A stretch of DNA of 64,000 bases from Candidatus Gottesmanbacteria bacterium (GCA_963809665.1 CAWEKC010000001.1:222219-286218); one strand, 5' to 3'. Shown: positions 28,415-38,536, numbered from the stretch's first letter. A program made the numbers and translations. The notes: a model not told the origin generated them from the letters alone.

Positions 28415-30160
28415 TTATGGCGTCACTGGCGGGGCAGCACCGGTCGTTATTCCGTAACTTGTCAGTACCTGGGAAAATCCGGCGGCCGCCGTCTGCAGGG
28501 CAGAGGTGGGTGCCGTCCCCTGACCTACGGCATTCACCGCATCCGTCATATACTGGATAAGTTTATCGTTTATTCCGTTATCAAACGTCCGCGACGCCAA
28601 CGGGAATGATTTTGCCGTCGGAGCTTCTTGAATGAAGGCGCCCAGATACGGATCGGCAGTCAGCGTGGTTCCCAAATCCACCCGTGCATAGGGCTCGCCG
28701 AACAGGCGGGTTTTAGACTCCTCTGCATATAGTTTTGTCATGGTATTCTTATCAATGAGATATTTGAGAAATGTCCAGCCGGCCGCCTGGTTCTTCGACT
28801 TCGTCGAAACTCCGCCCACCCAGTATGACGCCCAGTTAACGGTATTTCCGGGCAGCTGCGGAACCTGTGCTATTTTGAAACGGAGGTTGGCATTGATTTG
28901 TTTAATCTCAAATGCGCGCCAGGACGGGGCAAGAATCATTGCAACTTTGCCCACCGCAAATGCATAAACGGAATTATCAAGCGTTTCGTTCCATGTGTAG
29001 ACCGGATCTGTGGGGTTGGCAAACTTCCGGTAAAACATAAGTGTATCCTCTGCTTCTTTGCCGGTCGGATTGGTAAGTCTTGCGCCGTTCTGCATCATCA
29101 TAAGTCCTACAATATCGCTGAAGTTTTCAACATTACCGGTCGTGCCGAGGGCTATGGCGGACTGCTGGATCTGCGTATCCGTTTTCACCGTAAGACGCGG
29201 CACGAGTTCAAGCAGTTCCGGCCAGGTTGTCGGCGGGCTCACTCCCGCCGCTGTAAACAGATCTTCATTATAGTAGAGCCCCAACCCGTCAAACATAAGC
29301 GGCGCTCCGTACATCGATTGCCCGCCGACTAAATCCGATGATGCTACGGGATAAAACGTAGAACTGAATTCGGAGGTCGTCATAAACGTCGCGGGGGCTG
29401 CAGATAATTCACTACGGAGCATCGGCACCCACGTATTATGGAATTGAAAGACATCCGGACCGTCACCACGCGCAATGGCTGCCTGCAGACGCTCACGGTA
29501 TTGACGGATTGATTGTTTCACATAAGTAACTTTAATCTTGGGATTTGCCGTTTGGAATTCGGCAATTGCCGTCTGTAAAGTAGGACTATCTTCCCATAGA
29601 CCCCAATAGGTAATGGTTCCTCCGCTTGTGGCACCCATCATTCCCAACACGTATTTAACACCGACGCCGATACCTGCCAAAAGAAGAAGAATCAGAATAA
29701 TTGTTATGAACCGTTTTATAAATGAACTTCCGGCCGGCTTGGCAGATTGTCCGGACGGTCCGCCAGCTGGCGGAGTAGAAGTTTCCTGCGGAATAAACGG
29801 GTTTGTATTTGATCCTTCCGGCGGAATGACGAGCGTCTCCTTGTTTTCCGGCGGCATCGGCACCTCCGATAATGGCGGAGATCCAGCATATACGTCCGGG
29901 CCGGGCGGCGGCATCGGTACTTCCGATATCGGAGCAGGAGGCGGAGATTCCTTCGGCGTAATACCCCAATTTAACGGACCTGAATCGGGTACAGGAGCAG
30001 GAGGTAAATCAGAGACCGGAGGCACAGGCGGCGGAGGTTCCGGAGCCGGAGGCTCAGCGGCCGGGGGTTCGGTAACCGGGGGTTCCGGTGATAGAAGTCC
30101 TGCCGGTGCGTCTCCTGCTGTCAATGGCTTTGTGTCATCCATAAAAACTCCTACACGCAT
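28415..30160 (-). CDS. Extracellular solute-binding protein (ABC type, family 1/MalE-like) with a ~170-aa Pro-rich cytoplasmic N-terminal tail and a TM anchor
   Basis: A low-complexity P/E/A-rich N-terminus, then the TM segment IILILLLLAGIGVGV, then SBP-like TITYWGLWEDSPTLQTAIAEFQ...KVTYV. No permease or ATPase genes nearby. Confidence 0.55.
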   Translation of the reverse strand: MRVGVFMDDTKPLTAGDAPAGLLSPEPPVTEPPAAEPPAPEPPPPVPPVSDLPPAPVPDSGPLNWGITPKESPPPAPISEVPMPPPGPDVYAGSPPLSEVPMPPENKETLVIPPEGSNTNPFIPQETSTPPAGGPSGQSAKPAGSSFIKRFITIILILLLLAGIGVGVKYVLGMMGATSGGTITYWGLWEDSPTLQTAIAEFQTANPKIKVTYVKQSIRQYRERLQAAIARGDGPDVFQFHNTWVPMLRSELSAAPATFMTTSEFSSTFYPVASSDLVGGQSMYGAPLMFDGLGLYYNEDLFTAAGVSPPTTWPELLELVPRLTVKTDTQIQQSAIALGTTGNVENFSDIVGLMMMQNGARLTNPTGKEAEDTLMFYRKFANPTDPVYTWNETLDNSVYAFAVGKVAMILAPSWRAFEIKQINANLRFKIAQVPQLPGNTVNWASYWVGGVSTKSKNQAAGWTFLKYLIDKNTMTKLYAEESKTRLFGEPYARVDLGTTLTADPYLGAFIQEAPTAKSFPLASRTFDNGINDKLIQYMTDAVNAVGQGTAPTSALQTAAAGFSQVLTSYGITTGAAPPVTP

Positions 30161-30188
30161 TGCGTGACTCAGGTATAATTATCATATC

Positions 30189-31577
30189 ATGCGTAAGTCA
30201 AAGCACAAGACGGAGTGGTGGATTCGTGTTGGTATGTTTGCATGCCTGATTATTATTCTCTTAACGCTTAGCTTGGGGTTTGCGTTTGAAACAAACTATC
30301 AGGGACGGATCTATCCGCATGTGTCCGTCGGGAATATTGATGTAGCAGGCAAAACCCCTAAAGAAATCGAGGCCTATTGGATGGGAAAAAACACACCGTT
30401 TAGCAGCATGCAGTTTGAACTCGCCTACGACGGTAAGATTGCCACCCTTTCCGGAACGGATTTGAATCTGGGGTATGATGCGACACTTTCCGCAACACAG
30501 GCGTTCCTTGTCGGCCGTTCGCGGCAGTGGCTGTCGGATGTCTACTTTAAATTGTTTCAGACCCCTGTGAATCTCGCACCGTATTTCCGCTGGAACAGAT
30601 CAGTTATTGACAGCACATTAAATGAAATCGCGTCACAGGTTGATGTCCCTGCAACAGACGCGCTTTTCCAATTTCAAAACGGGAGGGTGTCAAGTTTCCG
30701 TCCGTCAGCTGACGGCAGGAGTCTCAATAAAGACGAGGCAACTACCCGGCTGTCCCAGGCATTCACTGCGGCGGCGGCTACCGGACAACAGCGCATAACA
30801 ATACTCATGCCCATCGATATGGTCAAACCCGCAGTCGCAACTGATCAGGTAAATACGTTTGGTGTTAAAGAGCTTATCGGTACCGGGTATTCGGAATTTG
30901 CCGGGTCCATAGCCGGAAGGATTCACAATGTAGCACTGGCTGCCGGAAGGCTTAACGGCATCCTTATCAAACCCGGGGAAACGTTCTCATTTAATGACGC
31001 CGTAGGCGATATATCCGCGGCCACCGGATATCAGTCTGCCTACATCATAAAAAACGGGCGAACGGTGCTGGGTGACGGCGGCGGAGTCTGTCAGGTGTCT
31101 ACTACATTGTTCCGCGCGGCCCTCTCCGCAGGTTTGCCGATAGTCGAACGGCATGCCCATGATTACCGCGTCCATTATTATGAAGAGGCGGGGTTTAAAC
31201 CCGGCTTAGATGCCACCGTCTATGGTCCTACGTATGATTTAAAATTTATTAACGATACGGCAACATACATTCTAATCCAGGCAAGAACTGATGTGACAAA
31301 CCTGTCGCTTACGTTTGATTTATACGGTACGGGCGACGGGCGTACGGCGCAAATTTTGAACCAGAAACTCTGGGGCGTTACACAGCCCCCGCCGGATCTG
31401 TATCAGGATGACCCGACACTCGCCAAAGGCGAAGTAAAGCAGGTCGATTTTTCGGCGTGGGGCGCTAAAGCATCGTTTGACTATCTCGTCACACGCGGGG
31501 CGCAGGTTCTGCAAAATACGACGTTTGTTTCCAATTACCGCCCCTGGCAAGCAGTTTTCCTGAAAGGAACTCTATGA
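30189..31577 (+). CDS. VanW-family protein
   Basis: GDGGGVCQVSTTLFRAALSAGLPIVERHAHDY is the VanW core motif. N-terminal TM anchor. Confidence 0.7.
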   Translation: MRKSKHKTEWWIRVGMFACLIIILLTLSLGFAFETNYQGRIYPHVSVGNIDVAGKTPKEIEAYWMGKNTPFSSMQFELAYDGKIATLSGTDLNLGYDATLSATQAFLVGRSRQWLSDVYFKLFQTPVNLAPYFRWNRSVIDSTLNEIASQVDVPATDALFQFQNGRVSSFRPSADGRSLNKDEATTRLSQAFTAAAATGQQRITILMPIDMVKPAVATDQVNTFGVKELIGTGYSEFAGSIAGRIHNVALAAGRLNGILIKPGETFSFNDAVGDISAATGYQSAYIIKNGRTVLGDGGGVCQVSTTLFRAALSAGLPIVERHAHDYRVHYYEEAGFKPGLDATVYGPTYDLKFINDTATYILIQARTDVTNLSLTFDLYGTGDGRTAQILNQKLWGVTQPPPDLYQDDPTLAKGEVKQVDFSAWGAKASFDYLVTRGAQVLQNTTFVSNYRPWQAVFLKGTL

Positions 31578-31993
31578 AAAAAATCATACTCGTCGGCGGA
31601 TGTTTTGATCTCTTGCACTTCGGTCATATCTCGTTTTTGAAACGGGCCAGATCACTGGGAGATTATCTCATCGTTGCACTTGAATCGGACGAAAATGTGC
31701 GGCGCATGAAGGGTGACGCGAGACCGATCCACACGCAGGCACAACGGAAGGAAATGATTGAATCACTATCGTGTGTCGATGAAGTCATCACACTTCCTCC
31801 CATGCACGGCTACCCGGATTATTTGGAGCTGGTTAAAAAAATCAAACCTGCAGTCATCGCCGTTACCGAAGGTGACCACGCAAAAATTAAAAAAGGCCAA
31901 CAGGCAAAAGAAATAGGGGCACAGCTTATCGAAATACCGAAAATCCATACCCCCTCGACCAGTCAACTGGTGAAACTCCTCGGCCTCGAGTAA
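31574..31993 (+). CDS. Cytidylyltransferase-superfamily sugar-phosphate nucleotidyltransferase (RfaE domain II / TagD-like)
   Basis: GGCFDLLHFGHISFLKRARSLGDYLIVALESDENVRRMKG carries the HxGH motif. The C-terminus has ...STSQLVKLL. Confidence 0.6.
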   Translation: MKKIILVGGCFDLLHFGHISFLKRARSLGDYLIVALESDENVRRMKGDARPIHTQAQRKEMIESLSCVDEVITLPPMHGYPDYLELVKKIKPAVIAVTEGDHAKIKKGQQAKEIGAQLIEIPKIHTPSTSQLVKLLGLE

Positions 31994-32002
31994 AATAGCC
32001 TC

Positions 32003-33160
32003 ATGGAGCGGAATATCAGGCTATTATCATTATTTAATTTCTTTACGGACTTTAAATTCCATAGTGCCGTCCTCATTATCTATTTTGCCCGCGTGACCGG
32101 TTCATATGTGCTGGCAACAAGCCTGTTTTCCGCTGTAATGTTATCCTCTGCCCTCTTTGAAATTCCCACCGGTATTTATTCCGACATCATCGGCAGGAAA
32201 AAAACAGTTATTCTCGGTGCACTGACGGCTACACTGTCTGCCGTTCTGTATGCCGCCGGCCACTCATACTGGCCGCTGTTTGCCGGAGCAATTCTGGAAG
32301 GTTTATCACGTGCATGGTACAGCGGCAACAATGACGCGCTCCTCTATGATTCCGTCCGCGAGTCGGGAAAATCCGAAACGTTCGCGCATCACTTGGGAAG
32401 AACAAGTTCTATGTTCCAGTTGGCGCTTATGTTCGGCGCGGTTATCGGAAGCATACTCGCACAGTGGTCTTTCTCTCTTATCATGTGGTTGTCCGTCATT
32501 CCACAGGTCATATGTTTCGGTATTTCATTTTACCTACGGAATCCGCAACATATCGTGAAAGGCGAAGCAAACATTTTTTCGCATATAAAAATATCCGCGT
32601 TTCATTTATGGAACAATAAACGACTAAAATTATTAACGCTTCAGGATATATTTCAGTTTGGTTTTGGAGAACCCGCTTTTCAATTTAATTCAGCGTTTAT
32701 TGCCACTATTTGGCCGATCTGGGCGATCGGATTCTCCAAAATGTTATCTTACGGAACTGCTTTTATTAGTTACTGGTTCAGCGGAAAAATTATTAAAAAA
32801 TTGGGAGAATATAATACATTAATATACGCAAATATATTTTCCCGTATTATTAACAGTGTTGCATATGCCGTACCCACTGTTGTTTCTCCGGTATTAACCG
32901 GAATGACCGGTATATGGTATGGTGCTAATGAAGTCTCTAAAAATGTCCTTATGCAGCAAGAATATACCCAAGAACAACGGGCGACGCTTTCATCGATAAG
33001 TGCTTTTTTGGGAAATATATTTTTTAGTCTTTTCGCTCCAATCCTTGGTTTGTTTGCCGATTCATTCGGGCCTGCAAAAGCTATGATAATGGTTCAATTT
33101 TGTATGCTTTCAGTGTTAGTTATTAATATTAAATTGAAATATGAACATTCTCGCAATTGA
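32003..33160 (+). CDS. MFS transporter
   Basis: Twelve predicted TM helices with MFS-like loop motifs (GIYSDIIGRKK). Confidence 0.6.
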   Translation: MERNIRLLSLFNFFTDFKFHSAVLIIYFARVTGSYVLATSLFSAVMLSSALFEIPTGIYSDIIGRKKTVILGALTATLSAVLYAAGHSYWPLFAGAILEGLSRAWYSGNNDALLYDSVRESGKSETFAHHLGRTSSMFQLALMFGAVIGSILAQWSFSLIMWLSVIPQVICFGISFYLRNPQHIVKGEANIFSHIKISAFHLWNNKRLKLLTLQDIFQFGFGEPAFQFNSAFIATIWPIWAIGFSKMLSYGTAFISYWFSGKIIKKLGEYNTLIYANIFSRIINSVAYAVPTVVSPVLTGMTGIWYGANEVSKNVLMQQEYTQEQRATLSSISAFLGNIFFSLFAPILGLFADSFGPAKAMIMVQFCMLSVLVINIKLKYEHSRN

Positions 33161-34124
33161 ATCATCGTGTGACGAAACCGCTGCGGCGGTAGTTACCGAC
33201 GGCGTGACCGTTATACGCAGTGTCATCGCAACGAGCGCCGCCATGCATGCCAAATACGGAGGAATCGTACCGGAGGTGGCAGCACGCGAACAGCTTAAGG
33301 TGATTATTCCCACGATTAAAGAAGCAACCGATACAACGGACTATGATGCAATTGCAATAACGGTCGGGCCGGGACTGATCGGGTCGCTCTTAGTCGGCGT
33401 GGAGACCGCAAAAACCATGGCGATGGTTACGGGCAAACCGATTATCCCTGTCAATCATGTGCTGGCACACATGTATGCGAATTTTATCGGCGGTACGAAG
33501 ATTGAATTTCCCGCTATCTCACTGGTTGTATCCGGCGGACATACGGAATTATTTCTTATGAAATCTCCGAAGCAATTACATTGGCTCGGCGGGACACTCG
33601 ATGATGCCGCAGGCGAAGCCTTTGATAAAACCGCACGGCTGTTGGGTTTTGAAAACCGCGGAGGGCCGGCAATACAGGAGTCAGCCGCCAAATTTCAGGT
33701 GGAGAAATCCGCATTCAAAACCAAACTCCCCCGGCCCCTCCTCCATGACGGGTCGCTTAATTTCTCTTTTTCAGGACTCAAAACCGCAATCTGGCGGGAA
33801 TGGAATAAACTCACGGATATCGATGAAGACGTAACCAGTGCATTTGCCAGCGAAGTCCAGGAATCCATTACCGATGTGTTGGTTGCCAAAACTATAAACG
33901 CAGTGGAAAAATACAGTGCCAAATCCGTCCTCGTTTCCGGCGGAGTTGCTGCCAATCTTAGGCTGCGTGAAAAATTTTTGTCTGTCACGGGATCTTTTAA
34001 TGCCCCGCCGGTACCCTTATGTACGGATAATGCCGTCTACATCGCCAGTTACGCATATTTCCGGGGGGCTCCCGCCGACTGGCACACCGTTACCGCAATT
34101 CCGAACCTTTCTGTTGAAGAATAG
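33141..34124 (+). CDS. tsaD: tRNA N6-adenosine threonylcarbamoyltransferase TsaD (Kae1/Gcp)
   Basis: MNILAIESSCDETAAAVV, the HxxAH metal motif (NHVLAHMYA), and the ASKH ATPase fold. Confidence 0.85.
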   Translation: MNILAIESSCDETAAAVVTDGVTVIRSVIATSAAMHAKYGGIVPEVAAREQLKVIIPTIKEATDTTDYDAIAITVGPGLIGSLLVGVETAKTMAMVTGKPIIPVNHVLAHMYANFIGGTKIEFPAISLVVSGGHTELFLMKSPKQLHWLGGTLDDAAGEAFDKTARLLGFENRGGPAIQESAAKFQVEKSAFKTKLPRPLLHDGSLNFSFSGLKTAIWREWNKLTDIDEDVTSAFASEVQESITDVLVAKTINAVEKYSAKSVLVSGGVAANLRLREKFLSVTGSFNAPPVPLCTDNAVYIASYAYFRGAPADWHTVTAIPNLSVEE

Positions 34125-34614
34125 CCGCTTCTTCGACACACCACGGGGAATATTTTCCGGGAATATTCTGGATTTCAGCTAAAAATTCCAGCCACCCCAT
34201 CCATTGCCACTCACCCACTTCGTTCGGATCGGGTTTGGGGTCTTCCTGAGTATGACCCACAAGGACAGGGCAAATTTCATTTTCCATAATGCCGTGGAAG
34301 TCAGTAAACCTATACCGGTACGGAGCAACAACTTTAATGTCTTCTGCGACAATTCCTAATTCGTCTTTCAACCGGCGTTTGGCCGCTTCAACAACATCTT
34401 CCTTCTGCCCGGGATGTCCGCAGACCGTATTGGTCCACACACCCGGAAATGTTTTTTTTGTGTCCGCGCGGCGGGTAATCAGAAGGTCATGGTTACGGTT
34501 AAATATGAAGAGTGAAAACCCGCGGTGCAGCGGTGTCTGAAATGAATGTACCGTACCTTTATGCGCGGTTCCTATTTCGTTATTTTGTTCATCAACTAAA
34601 ACAACAGAGTCCAT
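34090..34614 (-). CDS. idi: Isopentenyl-diphosphate delta-isomerase type 1 (Nudix)
   Basis: VVLVDEQNNEIG, HRGFSLFIFN, and TNTVCGHPGQKEDVVEAAKRRLKDELGI (Cys and Glu catalytic motif). Confidence 0.8.
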   Translation of the reverse strand: MDSVVLVDEQNNEIGTAHKGTVHSFQTPLHRGFSLFIFNRNHDLLITRRADTKKTFPGVWTNTVCGHPGQKEDVVEAAKRRLKDELGIVAEDIKVVAPYRYRFTDFHGIMENEICPVLVGHTQEDPKPDPNEVGEWQWMGWLEFLAEIQNIPGKYSPWCVEEAAILQQKGSELR

Positions 34615-34615
34615 G

Positions 34616-34687
34616 TGGGGCCGCTTGGAATCGGACCAAGTGCATCGATCTTATAAGGATCGCGTTCTACCGATGAACTACGGCCCC
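34616..34687 (-). tRNA. Candidate tRNA (73 nt) with anticodon UAU (would read AUA, i.e. Ile2-type), CCA not encoded
   Basis: Manual cloverleaf on the minus strand: acceptor 7/7 bp (GGGGCCG/CGGCCCC), U8 A9, D-stem GTTC/GAAC with A14 G18 G19 A21, anticodon stem CGATC/GATCG, loop CUUAUAA (U33, A37), a 5-nt variable loop, T-stem CTTGG/CCAAG with G53-C61, T-loop TCCGATT (C56 A58, but C55 is unusual), discriminator A. Confidence 0.55.
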
Positions 34688-34735
34688 CTGTATTCCGTAT
34701 TTTATCAAAAACCGAAGATATTTATCTAACAGTGG

Positions 34736-36157
34736 TCAGACGGCAGGAAGAAGCTGTATCATTTTTGCTTCTAGATCGCGTGCGCGTTTCTCGGTTTTTC
34801 CGAATATGATATATCCAAGCTGATGATACGACAGAAGATTCTCCGAAATAATAATAAGTCCTTCACGGGTTTGTTTGTTAAATAATACCGACGCGAGTAT
34901 TGTGAGCATTTCATTAAATGTATACGTCTTCTTTTCCGTTAATTTATACGCGTTATTGGATAATATGTACGTGAGATACATAAAGTCTTTTCCGAATAAT
35001 TTCTCCGCAGTGGCGAATACATGGGTGCCGCCGGTGCGTCTGACGTTTGATTCCGTCACATACAACTGTCCGTTTTTGGACGCCACAAAATCCACATCGA
35101 AATATCCGCGGTACCCGTTAGCCCGGTATTGCTCGCCGATAAAAAACCCCGTATCTACCATGCGGACCGCAGCCTGCTCCGAGATGGCGTCATTATGTAT
35201 TTCCATGCCGCGGAATACACCGTCTTTTGTCACACGCATGCCGCAGTAATACAGAAATTCCACGTGCCCGTTTTTCAAAATCTGAAATTCAACGTTCGGA
35301 AATCCCCCTCCGACCGCAGGGTTGACGGAAAGAAGCGATTCGATGACTATCGGAAACAGTTTCCAGTACTCATCTTTTGCCAACTTGTTCAAAATCGCTT
35401 TTTGACATAACGAATACTCGGATGGCAATTCTCCCTCGCGTAATAACAGTACTCCTGCTCCGGAATGACCCTTATTGGTTTTGAGGACCACGCCGTGTTC
35501 ACTCACGTATTTATTTGCCGCGATACGCGACGCATCAATGATGCCGCTGGCGACTATGCCGTCCGGCATAATAAAATCCGGTTCAGCCGCACGGCTCTGC
35601 TGAGACAGTTGCCGTATACCGGATTTGCTTCCGAAAAAGTTTACCGTCCAGGCATCTTCTTCTTCCGGAGCTTCCGGCGTAAATATTGTCAACCCGCGCT
35701 CCCGAAGCACCCGTATGAGATCAAGGAATTGCTGGGATGTCGTATAACTCTTCACGACCAGTCTCTGGTGTCCGTTGGCCGCCGTAACTAACGCCTGCAT
35801 GACTGCGTCATCATGAAGGATATCCTCACAAATAACGCCTGAGTGTTTTTTGGGAACCAGCACCCGGAAATCCCGTTTCCCGAACAGCGAGGTAACATAA
35901 TCAAAAAATACCCCGTCGACAGGACGGGGCAGCACAAATATCATGCTTTCTTCCGCACAAAATGAAAAAAGATCCCGGTCCCCCAAATCTGCATTTTCTT
36001 CTATTTCCAGCATTCGCGCCTCTTTATCAGACATGGCGCTGATGAACGGCCACACGTCTTCCGACATGTTAAAAATATACACTGTGGATTCCGGAAGTTT
36101 GGGTAAACTAAACGGAGGATCTTTGCTATCCATGGTACATACTGTAGAATACTGCAA
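34736..36157 (-). CDS. ATP-grasp-fold enzyme of unknown specificity
   Basis: VLKTNKGHSGAGV (flexible-loop-like) and YFDVDFVASKNGQLYVTESNVRRTGG (ATP-grasp C-terminal Mg-binding region). The assignment is tentative. Confidence 0.4.
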   Translation of the reverse strand: MQYSTVCTMDSKDPPFSLPKLPESTVYIFNMSEDVWPFISAMSDKEARMLEIEENADLGDRDLFSFCAEESMIFVLPRPVDGVFFDYVTSLFGKRDFRVLVPKKHSGVICEDILHDDAVMQALVTAANGHQRLVVKSYTTSQQFLDLIRVLRERGLTIFTPEAPEEEDAWTVNFFGSKSGIRQLSQQSRAAEPDFIMPDGIVASGIIDASRIAANKYVSEHGVVLKTNKGHSGAGVLLLREGELPSEYSLCQKAILNKLAKDEYWKLFPIVIESLLSVNPAVGGGFPNVEFQILKNGHVEFLYYCGMRVTKDGVFRGMEIHNDAISEQAAVRMVDTGFFIGEQYRANGYRGYFDVDFVASKNGQLYVTESNVRRTGGTHVFATAEKLFGKDFMYLTYILSNNAYKLTEKKTYTFNEMLTILASVLFNKQTREGLIIISENLLSYHQLGYIIFGKTEKRARDLEAKMIQLLPAV

Positions 36158-36181
36158 CGGGCGGAGAAGTAAATAGGTAAT

Positions 36182-38536
36182 TTACAATCGTGCGCGTTGT
36201 GATATCTCTGCTTCAACAAGATCCTGTGAACGGCCGTATTTCAGACGCGACAGCTGGATGATTGCGTCGGCGATTTTCTGGCTGCGTGATGCATTTACTT
36301 TTGTCATGTCTTTCGTGAGATCTATGCTGAATGGTTTGACCGGTTCATTGTGGACATTTGTTTTAACATAGGCGTTATATTTATCAATGTTAATGAGATC
36401 CGCCTCATTAAACGTCGGCTGATATTCATGCTGCAGATAATTTGCATCTGTCACGCCAACACGGAATCCGATGAGCGTCCCGACGTTGCCGAACACGGCG
36501 TTTTTCACTTCTTCCTCCATCTGACCGATGAATTGATTGGCAACGATTAAATTTAATCTGTATTTGCGCGCCTCGGACAATATCTGGGCGAAATCCGGCG
36601 TTGCAAAATTTTGGAACTCATCAACATAGAGATAAAAATCCCGTCGTTTCTCTTCCGGTAATTCCTGCCGGCTCATGGCCGAAATAAGAATCCGCGGCAC
36701 TAAAATAAGTCCGAGGAAATTACTGTTCTCTTCGCCGATTTTCCCCTTTGCAAGGTTCACGAGCAATATCTTGCCTTCATCCATAACTTTTCTAAAATCA
36801 AAACTCGATTCTGACTGACCGATGATGTTGCGCATCAACTTGTTTGTGACAAAACGGCCGAACTTCGACACGATATAATCCAATACTTCTGACTTATGAA
36901 AGTCGGCGGTCTGCGCAATCTGATCTGTCCAGTAACGCCGGACAATCGGATCCTGAAGCCTGGGCAACAGTTCCTGTACAAAGGTACTGTCCGTCAGCAC
37001 ACGAACAACCTCAACAAACGTATTCCCGGGGTCCACCATGACGGTAAGCATGGCATTCCTGATCGCGTGTTCAAACCTCGGTCCGATAATTCCGGTCTTC
37101 ATCGGATCGTACAGTTTATACATGAGGCCGACGATCGATGTCACGACAAAATGTTTCTGTTCTTCCGTCCGTGCTTCGAGCATATTTAACCCCATCGGCC
37201 GCTCGGTATCCGACGGATCAAAATAAATGACGTCCTCCGCGCGCGACGGCGGAATTCGGGAGATCACGCCGTCAATGAGGTCTCCGTGGGGATCGACGAC
37301 TGCAACTCCTTTCCCTTCATGAATGTCCTGCACAATCATTTCCTCCAAAAGCTGCGATTTACCGGTACCGGTTTTCCCGATGATGTATATGTGCCGCCGG
37401 CGGTCTTCGTCGCTGATATAAATCGGCCGTTCAATGCCCCGATACCGGGACTTTCCTAAATACAATCCCGTTGTCGGAATCTGGGATGGAGCCGGGGCCC
37501 GTTTTGCATTAAGCCAAAAAATGTGCGCGGTCTCCACCGTTTTATTGGGAAGATGATACAGGGTAGCTAGTTCATCACTGTTAAGTGTGCTGAACTGGGG
37601 TAAAAACGGAAAATTAAGCACCGGAAAATACCGGTAAATAAAATCCATCATAAATAATTTTTTCGTAAACAACGGGAATTTCACTTTTGTAAAATAATTG
37701 TTGTCGGACGAAAACTGTCCGAAACTCGTCAGTAAATTATCAAGATGCATTTTGGCGTTTTCCTGGCTCGTGGACGACACGACAAGCCGGACGACCGTGT
37801 TGAATCCCGGCTTGCCTGTTTTTTGCTCTATCGCTTCCAATGACTTGGGATCCACTTTATAGCTCGCTTTTTCCGGATTGGACTCGTCTTTCTTCACTTT
37901 CGATACGTAGGAACGTCCGAGAGACCGCCACTTGCTGTCCGTCGGCTGAATCAAAACCTGGATGACTGCCCCTTCTCCCGGACCCATTTTTGCCAATACC
38001 GATGTTATGGACGAGAGCGGATCTGTGGGTAAATCCCGGAAAACCCTGATCGGCAGATACTGTGCATATTTTAACCGGAGCGCTGCGAACGCCACGCTCC
38101 CCTGCGGTGAAAATATGGAATATTCTTCCACCTCTTTAATATCCGCCCCGGGATACGCACCGTGAACCTGTTTTTCCACAAGATCCATAAATTTCCGCGG
38201 AACTGCTGCGTAAAAGCGTATATCTTCCTGTTTCGCGACAATTTCAAACGATAAATGAGGCTGGGGGCTAAGGAACGACCAGAAACCGGACTTGCGGATA
38301 TTGTACAAACTGGCAAACAATTGTTCCGCTGCGTCAATCTTTATTTCATTTTCTCTTGGTACTGCCATCTGAAGGAGGACATAATCAAGCGACCTCTCTT
38401 CCCGGTCGCGGTATTTCCACAAAAGGAATATTGCATACGCCAAAAGACAAAATCCTCCCAGAAGAACGACTATCAGGAGTGTACTTATTCCGAAAACTTC
38501 AATTCTATAGAAAACATCCAATGCTTCTGTCGGCAT
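36182..38536 (-). CDS. Membrane-anchored FtsK/HerA/TraD (type IV coupling protein-like) P-loop ATPase
   Basis: N-terminal TM helix (ISTLLIVVLLGGFCLLAYAIFLLW), Walker A IIGKTGTGKSQLLEEM, Walker B FYLYVDEFQNF, and a TraD/VirD4-like C-terminal region. Confidence 0.6.
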   Translation of the reverse strand: MPTEALDVFYRIEVFGISTLLIVVLLGGFCLLAYAIFLLWKYRDREERSLDYVLLQMAVPRENEIKIDAAEQLFASLYNIRKSGFWSFLSPQPHLSFEIVAKQEDIRFYAAVPRKFMDLVEKQVHGAYPGADIKEVEEYSIFSPQGSVAFAALRLKYAQYLPIRVFRDLPTDPLSSITSVLAKMGPGEGAVIQVLIQPTDSKWRSLGRSYVSKVKKDESNPEKASYKVDPKSLEAIEQKTGKPGFNTVVRLVVSSTSQENAKMHLDNLLTSFGQFSSDNNYFTKVKFPLFTKKLFMMDFIYRYFPVLNFPFLPQFSTLNSDELATLYHLPNKTVETAHIFWLNAKRAPAPSQIPTTGLYLGKSRYRGIERPIYISDEDRRRHIYIIGKTGTGKSQLLEEMIVQDIHEGKGVAVVDPHGDLIDGVISRIPPSRAEDVIYFDPSDTERPMGLNMLEARTEEQKHFVVTSIVGLMYKLYDPMKTGIIGPRFEHAIRNAMLTVMVDPGNTFVEVVRVLTDSTFVQELLPRLQDPIVRRYWTDQIAQTADFHKSEVLDYIVSKFGRFVTNKLMRNIIGQSESSFDFRKVMDEGKILLVNLAKGKIGEENSNFLGLILVPRILISAMSRQELPEEKRRDFYLYVDEFQNFATPDFAQILSEARKYRLNLIVANQFIGQMEEEVKNAVFGNVGTLIGFRVGVTDANYLQHEYQPTFNEADLINIDKYNAYVKTNVHNEPVKPFSIDLTKDMTKVNASRSQKIADAIIQLSRLKYGRSQDLVEAEISQRARL

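Noticed and set aside
31574-31993. Calling the small nucleotidyltransferase specifically HldE/RfaE (ADP-heptose synthase)
   Set aside because: The match to RfaE domain II is good. But a standalone 139-aa cytidylyltransferase-fold enzyme could equally be a glycerol-3-phosphate or other sugar-phosphate nucleotidyltransferase. Only the superfamily call is kept.
34617-34688. Plus-strand reading of the cloverleaf between idi and the ATP-grasp gene
   Set aside because: On the plus strand the D-arm starts at position 8, the T-arm has only 4 bp with a non-canonical loop, and the anticodon would be AUA with A34. The minus-strand fold satisfies nearly all invariant tRNA positions, so only the minus-strand tRNA is reported.
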